This document shows positions 1-15,374 of a DNA stretch of 64,000 bases, piece by piece. Under the pieces are notes generated by a model. That model saw nothing but the letters and a program-made list of their open reading frames with translations. It did no database searches and was not told where the DNA came from. Where the stretch lies: contig OX597840.1 of NCBI GenBank assembly GCA_951406725.2, positions 21,824,001 to 21,888,000 of the forward strand. Direction: 5' to 3'. A program made the translations under genes and the position numbers. Positions within the stretch are counted from its first letter, which is position 1, and each line of letters starts with the position of its first letter. The stretch is from Octopus vulgaris (taxonomy: Eukaryota).

Positions 1-3000
1 AGAAGACAAGATTAAGGCACAAGAGAGTATCAAAGAGTTACAGAAAGATGCAAACACAACAATAATACAAAATAACAATGTTAACGAATCTGGAGATGTG
101 GGTTCAAATCCATTGATTGTGTTCACCTGAGAAGTAGTAAAGTGAGTAATTTGTGACTAAAGTAACTGTTGCCTGAGATGAGGTTCAAAGGTCTTCTTAG
201 GAAATGGCTCTGACAGAGGGAGAGAACTCATCTCAGAAACACACCACCTTCATGAATAGAAGAGAACCCTCTTTAGACAAACAGACAGACAACAAGTGTA
301 ACTGTGAGGTTAAGAATTTTGCTTTCCAACCATGTGGCACCTTGGGTAAAGATTTTCTATTATAGATGAAAATAGATCCTTCTTTCAATCATGTAGGCTC
401 ATAGGGCCAGTTTCCTAGTTTCTGTGGAATATATATTCCTCTCCCGGATGGGATGCCAGTCCCTCGCAGGATTAACTCACTTTTGCCAGCCGAGTGGACT
501 GGTGCACTGTGAAGTGAAGTGTTTTGCTCAAGAACACAACACATTGCCCAGTCCAGGAACCGAAACCACAGTTTCATGATCAAGAGTTCAACAAAGGCCC
601 AGCCAGATGTTATCTCTGAATGGAAGAGAACTTGCTTTCTAGAGCAGCTCAGGTTGACCCAACATGAATGGAAGAGAACTTAAGGGACAGCAGTTTAATT
701 AAAATCTTCTCCAGGAACATAGGAAAGAATGACAGGAAGTTATTTCTATTTAGATGACAGCATAGGAATGATAAGGGAACAACTTACCTCCTCATCGCTT
801 CAGGTCGATAAACTGGGTCTCCAAGATCTTGTAAAAGAAGGGCTGAGTTGAAAAGTGTTTGCTGCAAATATATTAAAAAAAAAAAAACATTTTGTAACAA
901 GGAATCATTATCATCATCATCGTCATCATCATTTAATTTCTGTATTTCATCAAGTTTGGGTTTGATGGTTTGAAAGGAACAACATACAAGGAGATCCTGA
1001 AAAGTTCCTGGCCGTAGGTCCCCTCTCAAATTCACATACTTATTGCAGCGGTTGTTGAGATTTTTCTAAGACCTGTAAAAGAACTCAGAAGGTTGTGCCT
1101 CCAACCAGGCTTTACAGGACACCCTTAAAGCTAGCAGCTTTTCCGCATCCCCTTGTGTGTGTGTGTCTATCTATCTATAGATATACACACACACACAAAC
1201 ATGAAGTGGTACTGAAAAGTTATTGGCTTTGAGTAAAAGAAAATACAGGAGGATCAGTTTATGATTTAATCCAAGATATTCCCCTCTCAGATTCGCATAC
1301 TTATTGCAGTGGTCCTTCAGTTTTTCTAAGCCCTGTAAAAGCACTCAAAAACTGGGCCTCCAGCCAGGGCCTTTTGTGATGCCCTTAAAGCCAGGAACAC
1401 CCCATAGCTTTAGTGCTGTATTGATCTCCATTTTCTGCTTCAGCCACAAGGATGTAACTACTCCAAAATGCAATGCATCCCAGTTTGGTCCAGTGGTGCT
1501 GTGAGTCGATTTGGTGCATTTGCAACCATTTGTCAACAGCAAGAAACTTTCTCCATAACAAAACACACTGAATGACTTTCGTAAAGGTTCGCATATGCCT
1601 CAAGCTTATTTGAACAGGTAACAATTTTGTGATTACATGTAGAATGTGTGCTACACATACTACTGCAGTAATGTAAATAAAATAATAAAAAAAGAGAATC
1701 AACTAACCTGGTGGTCAGGGTTCAATCTGAGTGCTTGCTCAAAGAAGGTGTTAGCTTCCAGGAGGTTCTTTTGTTCCAAGTTGACAACACCAATCTAAAT
1801 TAGGGAGAAGAAACAGAGACACACTGCCAGGAAATGGTTGTTTGTATATCCAGAGGACTTGTGAAATATCACAGCAAACAAAAAGTACATACACATACAT
1901 ATTTCTTTACTACCCACAAGGGGCTAAACAAGGACACAAAGGAATTAAGTCGATTACATCGACCCAGTGCGAAACTGGTACTTTATTTATCGACCCCGAG
2001 AGGATGAAAGTCGACCTCGGCGGAATTTGAACTCAGAACGTAGCGGCAAACGAAATACCGCTCAGCATTTCGCCCGGCGTGCTAACGTTTCTGCCAGCAC
2101 ATACACATATACAATGGGATGAGATGTTATAGCGAGCACACCTGTAGTGTCGGTCAGGGAGTTTGACTGGGGTGCTATGCCTGCCTGTCAAATGGTAATA
2201 CAGGTGTCCCAAGGTGAACTCAGCACTGAAAGAAGCCATGTGTTGAGCAGAAGGGCAAAAGTAGAATGTGACAAAGACAAAGTCAGCATTCGTGTATTCA
2301 GTGTCACCACACCCATACACAATATATGATGACATTCAGCCAACACAACAAACACCTGCATCATAAGGCAAAGAATACAACTCATATAGACACACAGATA
2401 TATAACGGGAAGGTTTACGAAAATAAACAAAAGACGAAGGCAGGTGGAGTACAAACAGATATACATTGTCTCAGAAGATGCAATCACACATTATGTAACA
2501 AGACAAAACTCACCACACACACACACACACACACAGTCTCAACATACATTATAAGACATACAGCTGATACACATACACACACACACATACAAAATATACA
2601 GCAATACACACACACACACACACACACTACCACTACATGATAATAACGTTACCGAAAGAACCTTCATGTTGTTGCCTGACCTGCTAGAAAAAGCAGTAAA
2701 AAATCTTTAACCCTTCACCATTTAAACCAGCCACGTCTGGCTCAAATATGCTGTTTTATGTTCAAACAAGCCAGATCCAGCTTCTCACACCCACCCTTCA
2801 ATGCCATTCTAAAAATATACAATCACATCATCCAAATCTCAAAGCTACGAGATATTGCATGGTTAATTCAAAACAATGTGAATGTAAAAAGATAACATTT
2901 GACAGAACAATCTGATTGTTAAAAGGGTTCATTCCTCCCAATCTGCTAAATTAAAAAAAAAGGGGAGGGGTCAGACATATTGCATGATGTAGCCCTAGAT

Positions 3001-6000
3001 ACTGTTTTATGGTTTAGTTAGAAGAGGAAGGAATCCACTGCCCAGATTGAGGGGGACTTGATCTGAAAGCTTGTAGCAGAATGAAATCTGGCAAAGGCAC
3101 CCAACGTCAGAGGGTGGTATTGAACCAGGATCAATGAATAAAAGACTGGATGGTTGGAACATGGGGCTTCTTTGATCAGATTTAAGGTGGGTCTTAACAA
3201 CAACAATGGTTTCCATGGATACAGTTCATATCCTAAGGAAAACACTATCAAATGTAACAGAACCTTAGTTGTCAGAATCTGGTCTTTTTCCCCTAGAATA
3301 TCCTCATCATTTAATGTCTGCTTTCCATGCTGGCATGGGTCGGACGGTTTGACTGAAAACTGGTAAGCTGGGGGAGCTGCATCAGGCCCCAATCTCATTT
3401 AGCATGGTTTCTACAGCTGGATGCTCTTCGTAAAACCAACCACTTCAGGAATGTAGTGGGTGCTTTTTACATTCTACCACCCTGGGTGCCAGTTACGAAA
3501 CACCAGCATTGGCCACGACTGTGACCTCACTCGGCTTGATGGGTCTTCCCAAGCACAGCAGATCGCCCAATGTTCAAAGGGTGCTTATATATCATTAATT
3601 AATCATAAATAACCCCCGTAGTAAAACGTCCCACTTGCTACTGTTACTAGAAGTCCCCAGAAGACCTGAAATAGCTTCTACAAAACAAAACAACAACAAC
3701 AACAGTGTGTCCGTTGATGTCAGTGAGTGATTACATTATAGTAGATATCAGCATCCGACTGTTCGTAGTGGAGGGCGATGCGGTATTGTTCCTTGGCTTC
3801 TTCCAGTCTGGAGATGAAAGAAAAGAGAAACGAGAGGAAAGATGAAAAGAAGAAGAGACACGAACAAGATGGAAAACAGAAAGAGGCAGAAAAATGAAAA
3901 TAGAAATCAGAGGAAAAGACAAAAGAAAAGAAGAACAACAAAATTAGATGAAAAAAACCTAAAAAAAAAAAAAAGGAAAGAGAAAAATATGAAAATCTAT
4001 ACAAAAAATGTAATATTGAAAGTAGAAATAGACATAATTGTGTGTTGGGAGTGTGAGAGTGGCTTAGAGGTTGGGGAAGGTTTGTATTATGGTTGGGGGT
4101 AGCTGTAGAGGTGTAGGAGTGGTGGTGATGGTTGTAGTGGCATGTTAGTGGTGACTAATGTAGTGGGTGGGTGGGTGGTGGTGAACAGTGGTAGCAAAAG
4201 TGTCGTTGTGTCTCGGTGTTTGAGGGAAATCTCACATTCGACAACTGTTTGTGTATCATGGACTAATGGAAGAGTGATGAAGTAGTGAAGGATGACCTCA
4301 TGGTGCCAAACCTTTTGGGTGAGAGGGCCAAAGGGCCGAGATGCTTGGCACCTTGCTGTACTCAAAGAGACCTGTGCTCCACAGCAGAAGTGTTGAGGCC
4401 GGTCCCCTGGTAAAGAAGATTAGCCTGCAAGAATCTTGTGCTGGTGCCCCATAAAACCACCCAGCACACACTGTAAAGTGGTTGGCATTAGGAAGGGCAT
4501 CCGGCTGTAGAAACCAAGCCAAGTCAAGCTAGAACTTGGTGCAGCTGTCCAGCTTGCCAGCTCTGGTCGAACCATCCAACCCATGCCAGCAAGGAAAACG
4601 GACATTCAATGATGATTATGATGATGCAGTGATGGCTGTAGCTGAGGCTATAGTGGAGTGGTATGGTGTTGTAGTGGTCTCAGTGTTGAGACAGCCATGA
4701 CTTCAGGAAGACACACAGACATACAGCCACAAACAATCTGCCATCCAGTTTAGCATTACTACCACCAGGGGCCTTGTTGGGAGTATTTAGACCTAATGGT
4801 TGGGAGTTCTCACAGCAAGTTTCTAGTCAGAGGTCAACTCAATCCCATGAGGTACAACAAACATGTTTCCCTTTCCACTCGCATCATTGGCATTACCAGT
4901 CCCCTTTTAACCCCTTAGCATTTAAACTGGCCATATGGGGTCGAAATATTTTGCCTGTGTTTTTGTTCACACTGGCTAGATCTGGCCTCTCACACCAACC
5001 CTACAATGTCATTCAAAAACAAACAACCTCATCACCAAAACCTTGAAGCTATGAGATAATCCAGGATTAATTCAAAGCAATCACCATCATCATGATCATC
5101 ATCATTTAATGTCCATTTTCCATGCTGGCATGGGTTAGACAGTTTGACAGGGGCTGGCAAGGATGGAGAGCTGCACCAGGTTCCATCGTCTGTTTTGGTA
5201 TGGTTTCTATGACTGGATGCCCTTCCTGACACCAACCACTTTGGAGTGTACTGGGTGCTTTTTATGTGAAACGAACGCCAGTGTTTTGTACACAGCACCA
5301 TTGCAAGTGCTTTTTGGTGTGAAGCGATGAAATGTGGGAGGAGGTTGATAGGACAGGTGAATAAATGAGCATTCCATTTGACAGAGTAATCTGAATGCAG
5401 AAAACGATGACAGGTACAGAAACTTACCTTCCCAAACGGACAAGAACCTCTCCTCTACTCATGTAAGCTTTCACATAATCAGCTCTCATGGTAATGGCAG
5501 ACTTATACAGCTAGAGAAATAAAAATGAAGGTTAAAATATAGGATGAGAGAAATGGAAAGGAGGGTTAAAATATAGGATTAGGGATGTAGATGAAAAGAT
5601 TAAAGAAACAAAAGTGGAGGTGAAAATATCAGGCAACGATGTATTTAACAGCAGTTTCCTATTTGAAGCTGTACATGGCTGTGGTACGTCCACAGAGTTT
5701 GCATCACCAGTCTGAAACCCTTATCTTGCTCAGCATATCGATCTCCTGGAAACTGTTTAGAAATGTGCAACCAGATGAATACCTGCTGTCAGGCATCGAC
5801 CATAACCTGAACATCTTGTTTCCCTGGGCATGGACACATTAAAGCTCCAATGTCTGGCAAATGATTTGGTAAATACCCACAAAATTATCCACCATCTTTC
5901 CAACAACAACCTTGGGCATCTTTTTCAACTCCATATGTTTGACACTCATGGACAGGTTTACAAAATAAAAAAAAATAACACAACACCCATCACTATTGGA

Positions 6001-8830
6001 AACATTTTTTTCACACTCCGAATTTCTGAAGCATGGAATAAACCACCCACATCAGTTGTTAGCTGTTGAGACACCACATCCTTCAAAAAGCTTCCTGAAA
6101 TCTCCCAACAACATACCTTATTTTCTCCCCACCTTTTTTTTTATTAAAACAACTCATTCACTGTTCACTTCCTGTGCATTATTCTATATACTGTTTGTGC
6201 ACTTTTGGATACTTTTTCTGAGGAGTTGCAGTGCAGCCCCTGAGCACTGGATACAATAGTTTCACTATATTATATTACTAGCTTAAAAGTCGCACTCCAT
6301 GCAGACTTTTCAGCTGACTTCTATGGAGGAGCCAACTGGGCCAGCAGCCCAAAACGAAAGAGAGCAAAACAGTATCACTATAATATGTTTGTAATCACAA
6401 AATGCCTCAGGGGATGTTTGATGAGAGGTTAATAAGGACGGATGGGAATTAATTCTGTAATGAAATCATTCTATTGTTCCAGTTGCAAGTTCAATCCCAA
6501 CTGTTGGCCAATTTGTCCCAAAGTTCTTATCACGATGTAAAATTAACGAAGTGAATGTCATTTATCTCTCCCCCTCATCTCTGATGTCATCTGACAAATG
6601 CCAACCAAGATTTACCTGCTAGAAATAGCAACCCAAATGCTTTTAAATCAGGTCCCAATGCTGGATGTTCAAGAACCGAATGAAGAACAGATTTTCAATC
6701 CTGGAATCCTCATGATTCCAAAAAGGTATAAAATGTCTATGTAGAGCACATGTAGACTGAGACACAGGGGTCACAGACGGACAGACAGAATTTTGCTTTT
6801 ATTAATATAGATATTCATTGTATAATATATAGAAGGAAGGGTTTTAAACAAAATATAAAACTAAGGGAAGAAAATGTTACAAATATGATTCAACTTACTT
6901 TTTCAGCTTCTTTCAATCGTGATTCGTTTTTAGAAATAAGTGAAGCAAGGTTTAAGAATGCATTAAGATGGCTTGGGGCCACTCGAGCTGTGTAACTTTT
7001 ACCTGGGGTTAGAAAAAGTGAAGTTTTGTTTTGGTAAGAACTTTTAAGAATATGTTTAAGAGAATATGTTAAGATTTGACTGAACACTGGATCCACCAGG
7101 GACAGTAAAAGATAAAAGACTTTAAAGATGACCCCTACCTTGAATAACAGGTGGGAAGAGATCAATGGCCGTCTGAAAGGCTTTCTCTGCTTCCTTTGAC
7201 ATATTCAGGTGTTGATATGTCCTCCCAACGTTGATGTGGGCGCCAATGTCGTCAGGCTGAACTCTGCAAGTACAGAATGATATTCACCATCAGTGGAAAT
7301 GCTACCATCATTGTAATCATCATCATCATCATCACACACATCATCATTTAACATCTGTTGTCCATGCTGGCATGGGTTGGATGGTTTGACCAGGGTTGGC
7401 AAGCTGAGGGGCTGCATCAGACTCCAGTCTGATTTGGCCTGGTTTCTACGGCTGGATGCCCTTCCTAACACCAACCAGTCTGAGAGTGTAATGGGTGCTT
7501 TCACCTGTCACCAGCACAGGTGCCACTTGTGTGACACCAATATGTGCCACAGCAGCGACTCTACTTGGTTTGATGGATCTTCTTCTCAAGCACAGCAAAT
7601 CATCAAAAGAGCAGAATCCTTATTTTCATCTGCTGCCACCACCATCATCATTCAAATGCTCCACTTTTCCATGTTTGCATGGGTTGGATGGAATTTGTTG
7701 ATGCAAATTTTCTACACCTGGATGCCCTTCCTGTCACCAACCTTCACCACCTGTGGCCAAGCAAGGCAACATTCCCCCAGACATATTCTCACAGAATATT
7801 GGAAACAAAGGATACTCATTGCTTTACAGCCATCACCTCATGTGAAGGAGACACAAACACACACACACGAATGTATACGTGTACACTCAGACACACACGT
7901 TTATATTATTCATTTATTTGTTCTTGTCATTTCACTGCAGCCATGCTGGAGCACTGTCTTAAAGGGGTTTTTAGTCAAAGAAATCGATTCCAGGATTTAT
8001 TCTTTGTAAGCCAAGTACTCGTTCTATCAGTTTCTTTTGCCGAACTGCTAAGTTACAGGGATGTAAACACACTAACATCAGTTGTCAAGCAATGGTGGGC
8101 AACAGACACAGACACACACATATATACGATGGGCTTCTTTCAGTTTTCATCTACCAAATCCACTCATAAAGCTTTGGTTAGCCTGAAGCTATAGTAGAAG
8201 GCACTTGTCCAAGGTGCCATACAGTAGGACTGAACCGAAACTATGTGGTTCAGAAACTAGCTTCTTACCACACACCTATGCCTGTGCTCGCATGTATGCA
8301 CTTGCCACGTAAAAATCACCCAGTACACTCTGTAAGGTGGTTAGCATTAGGAAGAGCATCTAGCCACAGAAACCACGTCAGACAACAGGGGAGCAAGTGC
8401 AGCCCCAGTCAAACCATCCAACCCATGTCAGCATGGAAAATGGACATTAAATGATGATGACTAAGAGTAAAGGCTAAAGACCCCCTTCAGGAATGACCAT
8501 GCGATTGCACCTAGAAAGTTACCCTCCGGGGCACAAGTCTGGGCAAAGTTGTTTATGTATGACCAGCAGTCGTCCCTGCATACCAGCCTCTCCTCCTCAT
8601 GGCACTGATGTTATCCAAGGGAAAGGCGAAGGGGCCGAAACAGCTTGGCACCAGTGACATTGCAACTCATTTCAACAGATAAGTGAACTGGAGCAACGTG
8701 AAATGAAGAGTCTTGCTCAAGAACATACGGCACACAGCCTGGTCCAAGAATTGAACTCACTACCTCATGATAGTGAGCCCAACACTCTAACCACTGATCC
8801 ATGCACCTTCACTGATGATGATATGTTGTG

Positions 8831-8864
<34 letters not shown>

Positions 8865-11800
8865 TAAGAGTGGTGCATGAAAACTGTCATTTCTGCTTCT
8901 CACATAAGATTGTCTGTGCAAATAAAACTCCCCAAAAAACCATTCCATTCCCAGCAAACTCTATGTCCTGTAGTTCTAAGCTCTTGGAGTCACAGAATAA
9001 AACTCTCTTTTCAAATGGGAAAAGGCTGGTGACAAAAAGAGCATCAAACTATGAAAAATAATGGCACAAATATAATATGTCGCTGTCTAATAAAAGCCAG
9101 CAGAGATCCCCGCTGCCCCACACAATCCGAATGCCTGAATGAAGAAACCTATCAAATACCATGGAAGAGTTTAGTTTCAGACTTACTTTGCAGCAAAAGT
9201 GAAATACTCAAGAGCTTCCGACCAGTTTGATGTTTTTTCCAAAGCATGGCCGATATTATTGAACAGTTTGGCATTTCTCTGGTTGACCTTCACTGCAGAT
9301 TTAAATAAAATATACTCAGATTGCCTGGAAAAAAGAAAAAAATAGAACCAGAACATTCAATTAGCCCCTTTTCATAGCAACCCACTAAAACCTGACCCTG
9401 TTTCCGTGATAGACAACCATTCATTTTTAAAATGGTCGTTTTTAACTTTAAACCTTCAATCATAATTTTGAGATTAAAAAAAAGCCATAAGCCTTTAGGA
9501 TCTAAACCAGTCAGTCCAGCCAAAAGGTTTGTCCTGTTTTATGTTCAAATCTGCCAGATCCAGCCTCTCACACAGAACCTACAATGTTAGTCTAAAAAAT
9601 ATACAACAGTCACTTAATCAAAATCTGAAAGCTTTGAGATAATGCAGGATTAATTGAAAACAATGTGAATAAATAAGGATTTCATTTGAGAGAGGAATCA
9701 GAATGGCTAAAAGGGTTAAACGACTGCTTTGATAATTGCTAAAATGATGTAAAGAACATGTTTGATTGTTATCAGCTGTGATGAGAGAAGACCTGATGCT
9801 GCAAGAACAGACCTGAGAGGAAACTCTCCTCTAAGTCTTGTATAAATTCAGATTTTGTTTTGGACTGAATCATCATTAGATTGTAGAACATGGGTGTTTC
9901 TGCAAATTCCACTTGATCAACAATGAAAACGGTTTCAGTCACTCGCAGCCCAGGAAGTATCATGTTAAATTGATGAAAACAGCTGATGGAATGTTTGCTG
10001 GTTTGCAAATTGCTTGGTCAAACTGGAATTAAATGGTTTACATTGCACAAAGTAGCTTTCAATAAAATATTTTTGTGTAAAGCCATGTTTAGTACATTTA
10101 ATTATAATCGAACATGCAGGAATAGAGCTGAGACCAATTTGCACAGCAGCAAACCTTCTGTCTGTTGTTTCCAAAAGTATAACCCTATAAAGGTACCAGG
10201 CTGGGGGTGACTGAGTTTTTGCAGCTGATGACAAAATGTGGTGGCAAAAATGTTGAAAGGTTGATAACTTACCAATCAAAATTTCTGATAATTGTTTTCA
10301 AGCCATGAACTGTTAATAAAAACACCATCAAACCCCACAGTACCATCTTCAAGGTCCTGGAAACAAAACCGAAAAACAATTAGTTAATAAAATTACTGTT
10401 TTTAATTGCTTATTTTGTTATATTTCAGGATGGTCATTTAAAAAAAATTTTTTGCCAAATAAACACATGCATTATACAGTTGTTCTTCACCTCAGCTTTA
10501 TTATTATTATTTTAGTGTCCTTTGTCTGAAATCTTTGTCACACCTCCTGTGACCTCTACACCAACTCTCCATTCCATGTGTCTCCTCCTGTCCTGTTTAG
10601 TTCATTGTCTTCCTATGGAGTGTATCCTTACCCACACCACAGAAACACAGAATGGACAACAAAAAAGAGAACCAGAGGAGACTAAACATTTTATCTGGCA
10701 TGCTAATGATTCTGCCAGTTCACTGCCTTAATATATTATGATAATAATAATAATAATAATAATAGTCCACTCTGCTGAGTGGTTGGTGTAAGGAAGGGCA
10801 TCCAGCTGTCAAAATCCTGCCAAAACAGTCACAGAAGTCCGGTGCAGGCTTTGGCCTGGCCAGCCCTTGCGGCACCGTAATGGAACACGGACATTAAATG
10901 ACGATGATGAAAAGGAAAATGCAAGACTCACTTGTTGGTGTGTTGAATCAAGAGTTCAAACCTTAGAGGCAGCAAGAATGCAGAATCCCATACTAGGGTG
11001 TAGAGGACCCTCTCAGCCGACAACAAATCCAACTGGGAAGAAAAGGTTTGAGGCCGGAACAAATGGCAGAACGAGTAAAGTGAGACTCTGGGGAAGAAGA
11101 AGAAGAAGAAGAGGTTTTAGGGTCATTGAAACAATTGTGTTTGTGTGTGTGTGTGTGTGTGAGCATGTAGGGTAAGTGACAGGTGTATGTATATAGTGTA
11201 TAAGTGTGGTGTATGGTATGTGTGTGAGGAAATGGTGTGTAGAATGTATAAGTATGATGAATGGTATGTGCATATACGGTATGCATGTAGTATGTGCGAG
11301 AGTATGATGTATGGTATGTGTGTGTATATACTGTGTGTGTGTGGTGTATAATGTGTATGTGTGTGTGTGTGTGTGCGAGGATGGTGGATGTTTATCACGG
11401 GAATCTAGCATCTGTGTATATGATGTCTGTTGAGAGGAATTTGTGAAGCGAAGTGGCTCAGTGGACAGTTGCATTTGGCTCAGTGGTCAGTTGTAAGGTG
11501 GTGAGTTGTGTCCTTGAGAAGGGCATTTTATTTCTCATTGCTCAGGTCCACTCAGTGAGAGAAAGGATGCCTCAAATGGACAAAGCAAATGTCTGGGTGT
11601 GTGTGTGTTGGAGAGGAGAACAGTTTAGAATGGGTTTTGTGTAAATAGAGCAAGTGAGAACATCTGTGAGAAGGTGAAGCAAGTTGTACAGGAGAAGAGG
11701 ATGAGGCTACAGTCTCTATGAGAGGAGGAGTAAGGTACAATGTGAGAGGAGGAGAAAGTAACAATGTATGTGAAGGGAGGAGTAAGTTACAATGTGAGAG

Positions 11801-14800
11801 GAGGAGAAAGTAACAATGTATGTGAAGGAGGAGTAAGTTACAATGTGAGAGGAGGAGAAAGTACAATGTATGTGAAGGGAGGAGTAAGTTATGGTGTGCA
11901 TGGGAGGAGCAAGTTAATGTATGTTAGAAGACAAGTCAGTTATGTGTGTGAGGGGGAGTAAGTTAGAAAGTATGAGGGGAGTGGAGAGAGCAAGTATGGA
12001 AAGGTGTAAAAGATAGAGAGGGGGGAGAGGAAGGTAAATAAAGAGCAGGAAAAGGAGAGCGTCAAGTGTTGCTGTAGTCTACGTACCATGATGATGGCTC
12101 TTGCCCGCGGCCCTTGTTTGGTCAGTGCAAAGGCAACAAACTTGAAGAGCACAATATAGAAGATCAGTGTAGAGAGATTACGGAGGTCAAGGAAGGAGTG
12201 CACAAGCGGTACAGTGCCCATTGTCCAATCACAGCACAGCCACGACGGACAGAGCAACAGCCATTGGTTGAGCGCTAGCAAATAGTTGAAAGTTAGTTGT
12301 CGGCTCGGTGTGTAGGACACTGAAGCTGGATTGTCGAATCTGAAAGGAAAACAGAAATCATCATCATCATCATCATTATTATTATGATAAAGCAGTGAGC
12401 TGGCAGAATCGTTAGCATCCCGGATGAAATACTTAGCGGTATTTCATCTGTTGCTACATTCTGAGTTCAAATTCCACCAAGTGTCAACTTTGCCTTTCAC
12501 TTTTTCCGGGTCGATAAATTAAGTACCAGTGAAATATTAGGGTCACGGCGTAATTGACTACAGTGGGTGGAGAATTGTGTTGGTATCTTTTATCTTTTAC
12601 TGGTTTCAATCATTAGACTGCGGCCATGCTGGGGCAGCACTTCAAAGAATTTTTTGTCAAATGTATCAATCCCAGCACTTATATTTTATAAGCCTGGTAC
12701 GTATTCTATCAGTCTTTTTTATCAAACCACTAAGTTAAGGAGGTGTGAACACACAAGCACTGGTCAAGTGGTGGTAAACTACAAAAAGAAAAGGAAAACA
12801 AAACAAACTTGCAGTTTTATCTTTGTTTTTCTGTATTATTTTGGGGTTATGGTCGCTTCTTCAGAACATTTGGGAAAGTCACTGCTCTCATGTATGTGTC
12901 CTATATGACTGTGTGTGTGTGTATACATACGCTTGTACCCATTCGTGCATGCATGTATGTGTGTGTATATATGTATATGTAATGTATGTATGTATGTGTG
13001 TGTATGCATGAATGTATGTGTCCATTTGTATGTGTATACATACATGTGTGTATGTTAAAGCCTATGTGAGTGAAGAACCAAATCACAGAAGGCTACAGGG
13101 AAGCAGGCCTTGATGGAATTTGGTGTAAAAAATGGAAAACTTACTTTGTGAACACCGGGAGTTCTGCACCCATAATCTTTATCCTGGCCAGCAATAGGAA
13201 CAACGTGGAACCAACTAAGAAAGTTCCTCGCAAAACTGAAGTTCTCAACCAAGCTGGGAAAGAGATTTTGCCTTTGCAAATATTGGCAAAGTCCTTGAGA
13301 ATACCCTGTGGCGTTATCTGGAAAGACATGAGAGAGAAAAATCATCCTAACACGTGTACGGGGAAGATGCATTGCCATCATCATGTCTACACTTCTCTGC
13401 TGAGTGAAACACTTGGAAGTATTTTGTCTGTCTTTATATTCTGAGTCTAAGTTCTTGCAGGGTTGGCTTTGCCTTTCGTTGTTTTCAGGTCAATAAAATA
13501 AGTACCAACTGAGGGCTGGGGTTGATGTAATTTCCCCCGAAATTACTAGCCTTGTGCTAGAATTTGAAACCCTCATCAGGTAGCAAGCTGGCGGAATTGT
13601 TAAGCATGCCAGTCAAAATGCTTGGAGGCATTTTGTTGGTCTTCAGTCTCTGAGTTCAAATTCTTCTGAGGCCAACTTTACCTTTCATCCTTTAGGGGTC
13701 AATAAAATCAACTCCCCCTACAGCTACAAATTTAAAAACAACAACAACTACTACAACTACAACACCCGAAGGGGGTCTTTTTAGAAGGTAGCTGCAGTTG
13801 AAGTAATCCGAGGTAGAATTGGGAATGGTGGGTGGTGAGAGGTAGTTGTGGCCGACGATTTAGAGCAGTGATTCTCAACTGGGGTCATTATGGCCCTCAG
13901 GGGATTCGTATGGCCCTTGCAGGTTCACATAAGATTCTGTTGTTAAAATTCATTTGCAATAAGTTGGTTATGCTTCTACAATACACAAAATATTTTATCA
14001 ATTTTTTTTATATAATTCCTTTTAATATTTAATTATAAAAAATCTAATGAAATTTTTTATAACTTCAAATGGCTTCAGGAGTGCATCCTAATAAAATAGG
14101 AATTGGTCCATAGGCAAAAAGTGGTTGAGAATCACAGTTTTAATCCTTTAGCATTTAAACGTGCCACATCCAGACAAAACAATTTGCTTGTTTTATCTTC
14201 AAACTGGCCATATCTGGCCTATCACACTTACCCTACAATACCATTCTAAAAATAAACAATTGCATCATTGAAATCTTGTAGCTATGAGATAAAACTTGAT
14301 TAATAAAAAACTGTGAATGAATAAGCTTTACAACTGACAGAGAAATCTGGAAGCTGAAGGGTCAAAGCAAACGAGACTTGTGAAGTTAGGGTCTATCTAT
14401 ATGCGTGTGGTAATGTTTGACTGTGTGTGTGTGTGTGAATGTGTGTTTGTGCACGTATGTTACCTTTTGGGCGATGACAATTTCATAGACACAGCACACA
14501 CCAACCACTGTGATACCTTGTTCCTTGGACAACATGGCAGCCACCACAAAGAGGAGAGTCAACAACAGAAACCACCAATCTGAAGAAAAACATAAAAAGC
14601 CATTAAAAAAAAACGTACACAGCAGCTGGGGACGAGGGTAGAAGGTTGGCTACAAACCACAGAGCTGTTAGTTCAAATCTGGTTATGGTAGCTGGCATTT
14701 GGGGGTTATGATGACAAAGGTTTCAACTGATCCAATATTAGAAAGGATTATTATTATTATTATTATTATTATTCCGCCAAGGTTGACTTTGCCTTTCATC

Positions 14801-15374
14801 CTTTCAGGGTCGTTGAAATGAGTACCAGTTATACACTAGGGTCGATGTAATTGACTCATCCCCTACCCCAAAATTGCTGTCCCTGGGGCAAAATTTGAAA
14901 CTATCATTATTATTATTATTAAGAGTCGTTAACATACTGGGTCATTAACTGGCAGAGTCATTAGCATGCTGGGCAAAATGCTTAGCAGCATTTTCTCTGT
15001 TCTTATGTTCTGAGTTCAAATTCCACAGAGGTCAACTTTGTCTTTCATCCTTTTGGATGAAAGCCTGCTCATCATCGCTCATCCTCTTTCTCCATATTTT
15101 TTAGTAAATGCAGGAATTGGGTAGAAACCCCAGGCTTTTTGGGGGTTTACATTACATAACACAGGTTTTCAATAGGTCAACCATTTGTTCAATGAATTTA
15201 TAAGGGTGACACTTGCTGACTGTGGACGGCTGAGACTTTCCATCATTCCCAGCAAAATAAGCCATGAGTTTCCATCACATAATAACAGAAATAATAATAA
15301 CTATTATTGTCAAGAAGAAGAAGAAGAATGAATTACAAAAAAGAAATAAAGAGTAAAAACAAAATCGCTGGTCA
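1..15374 (-). repeat. Segmental inverted duplication of 25937-41370
   Basis: Position 1 pairs with 41370 and 15374 pairs with 25937; mirrored ORFs throughout (e.g. 11940..12320 with 28997..29353, 14380..14583 with 26733..26936). Confidence 0.97.
788..14579 (-). CDS. TMTC3: Partial inverted duplicate of TMTC3 (copy A): exons 5-16 at 14464-14579, 13145-13317, 12087-12339, 10932-11087, 10273-10356, 9187-9324, 7139-7263, 6899-7002, 5428-5510, 3735-3807, 1708-1794, 788-861
   Basis: Reverse complement of copy B including the introns. Lacks exons 1-4 (ends at the N gap). Exon 8 carries its own indels. May be redundant assembly sequence rather than a real paralogue. Confidence 0.8.

Noticed and set aside
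3720-4102. Lys/Arg-rich and Phe/Ser-rich ORFs
   Set aside because: Polypyrimidine tract upstream of TMTC3 exon 14 read in various frames
7377-8194. 210 aa and 171 aa ORFs (mirrors at 33150-33966)
   Set aside because: Run through SINE and retroposon sequence antisense to a TMTC3 intron, and are broken differently between copies; no recognisable domain
11013-11474. His/Thr-rich ORFs (also 29849-30381 and 2326-2640)
   Set aside because: (CA)n microsatellite translations; only the part overlapping TMTC3 exon 8 is coding
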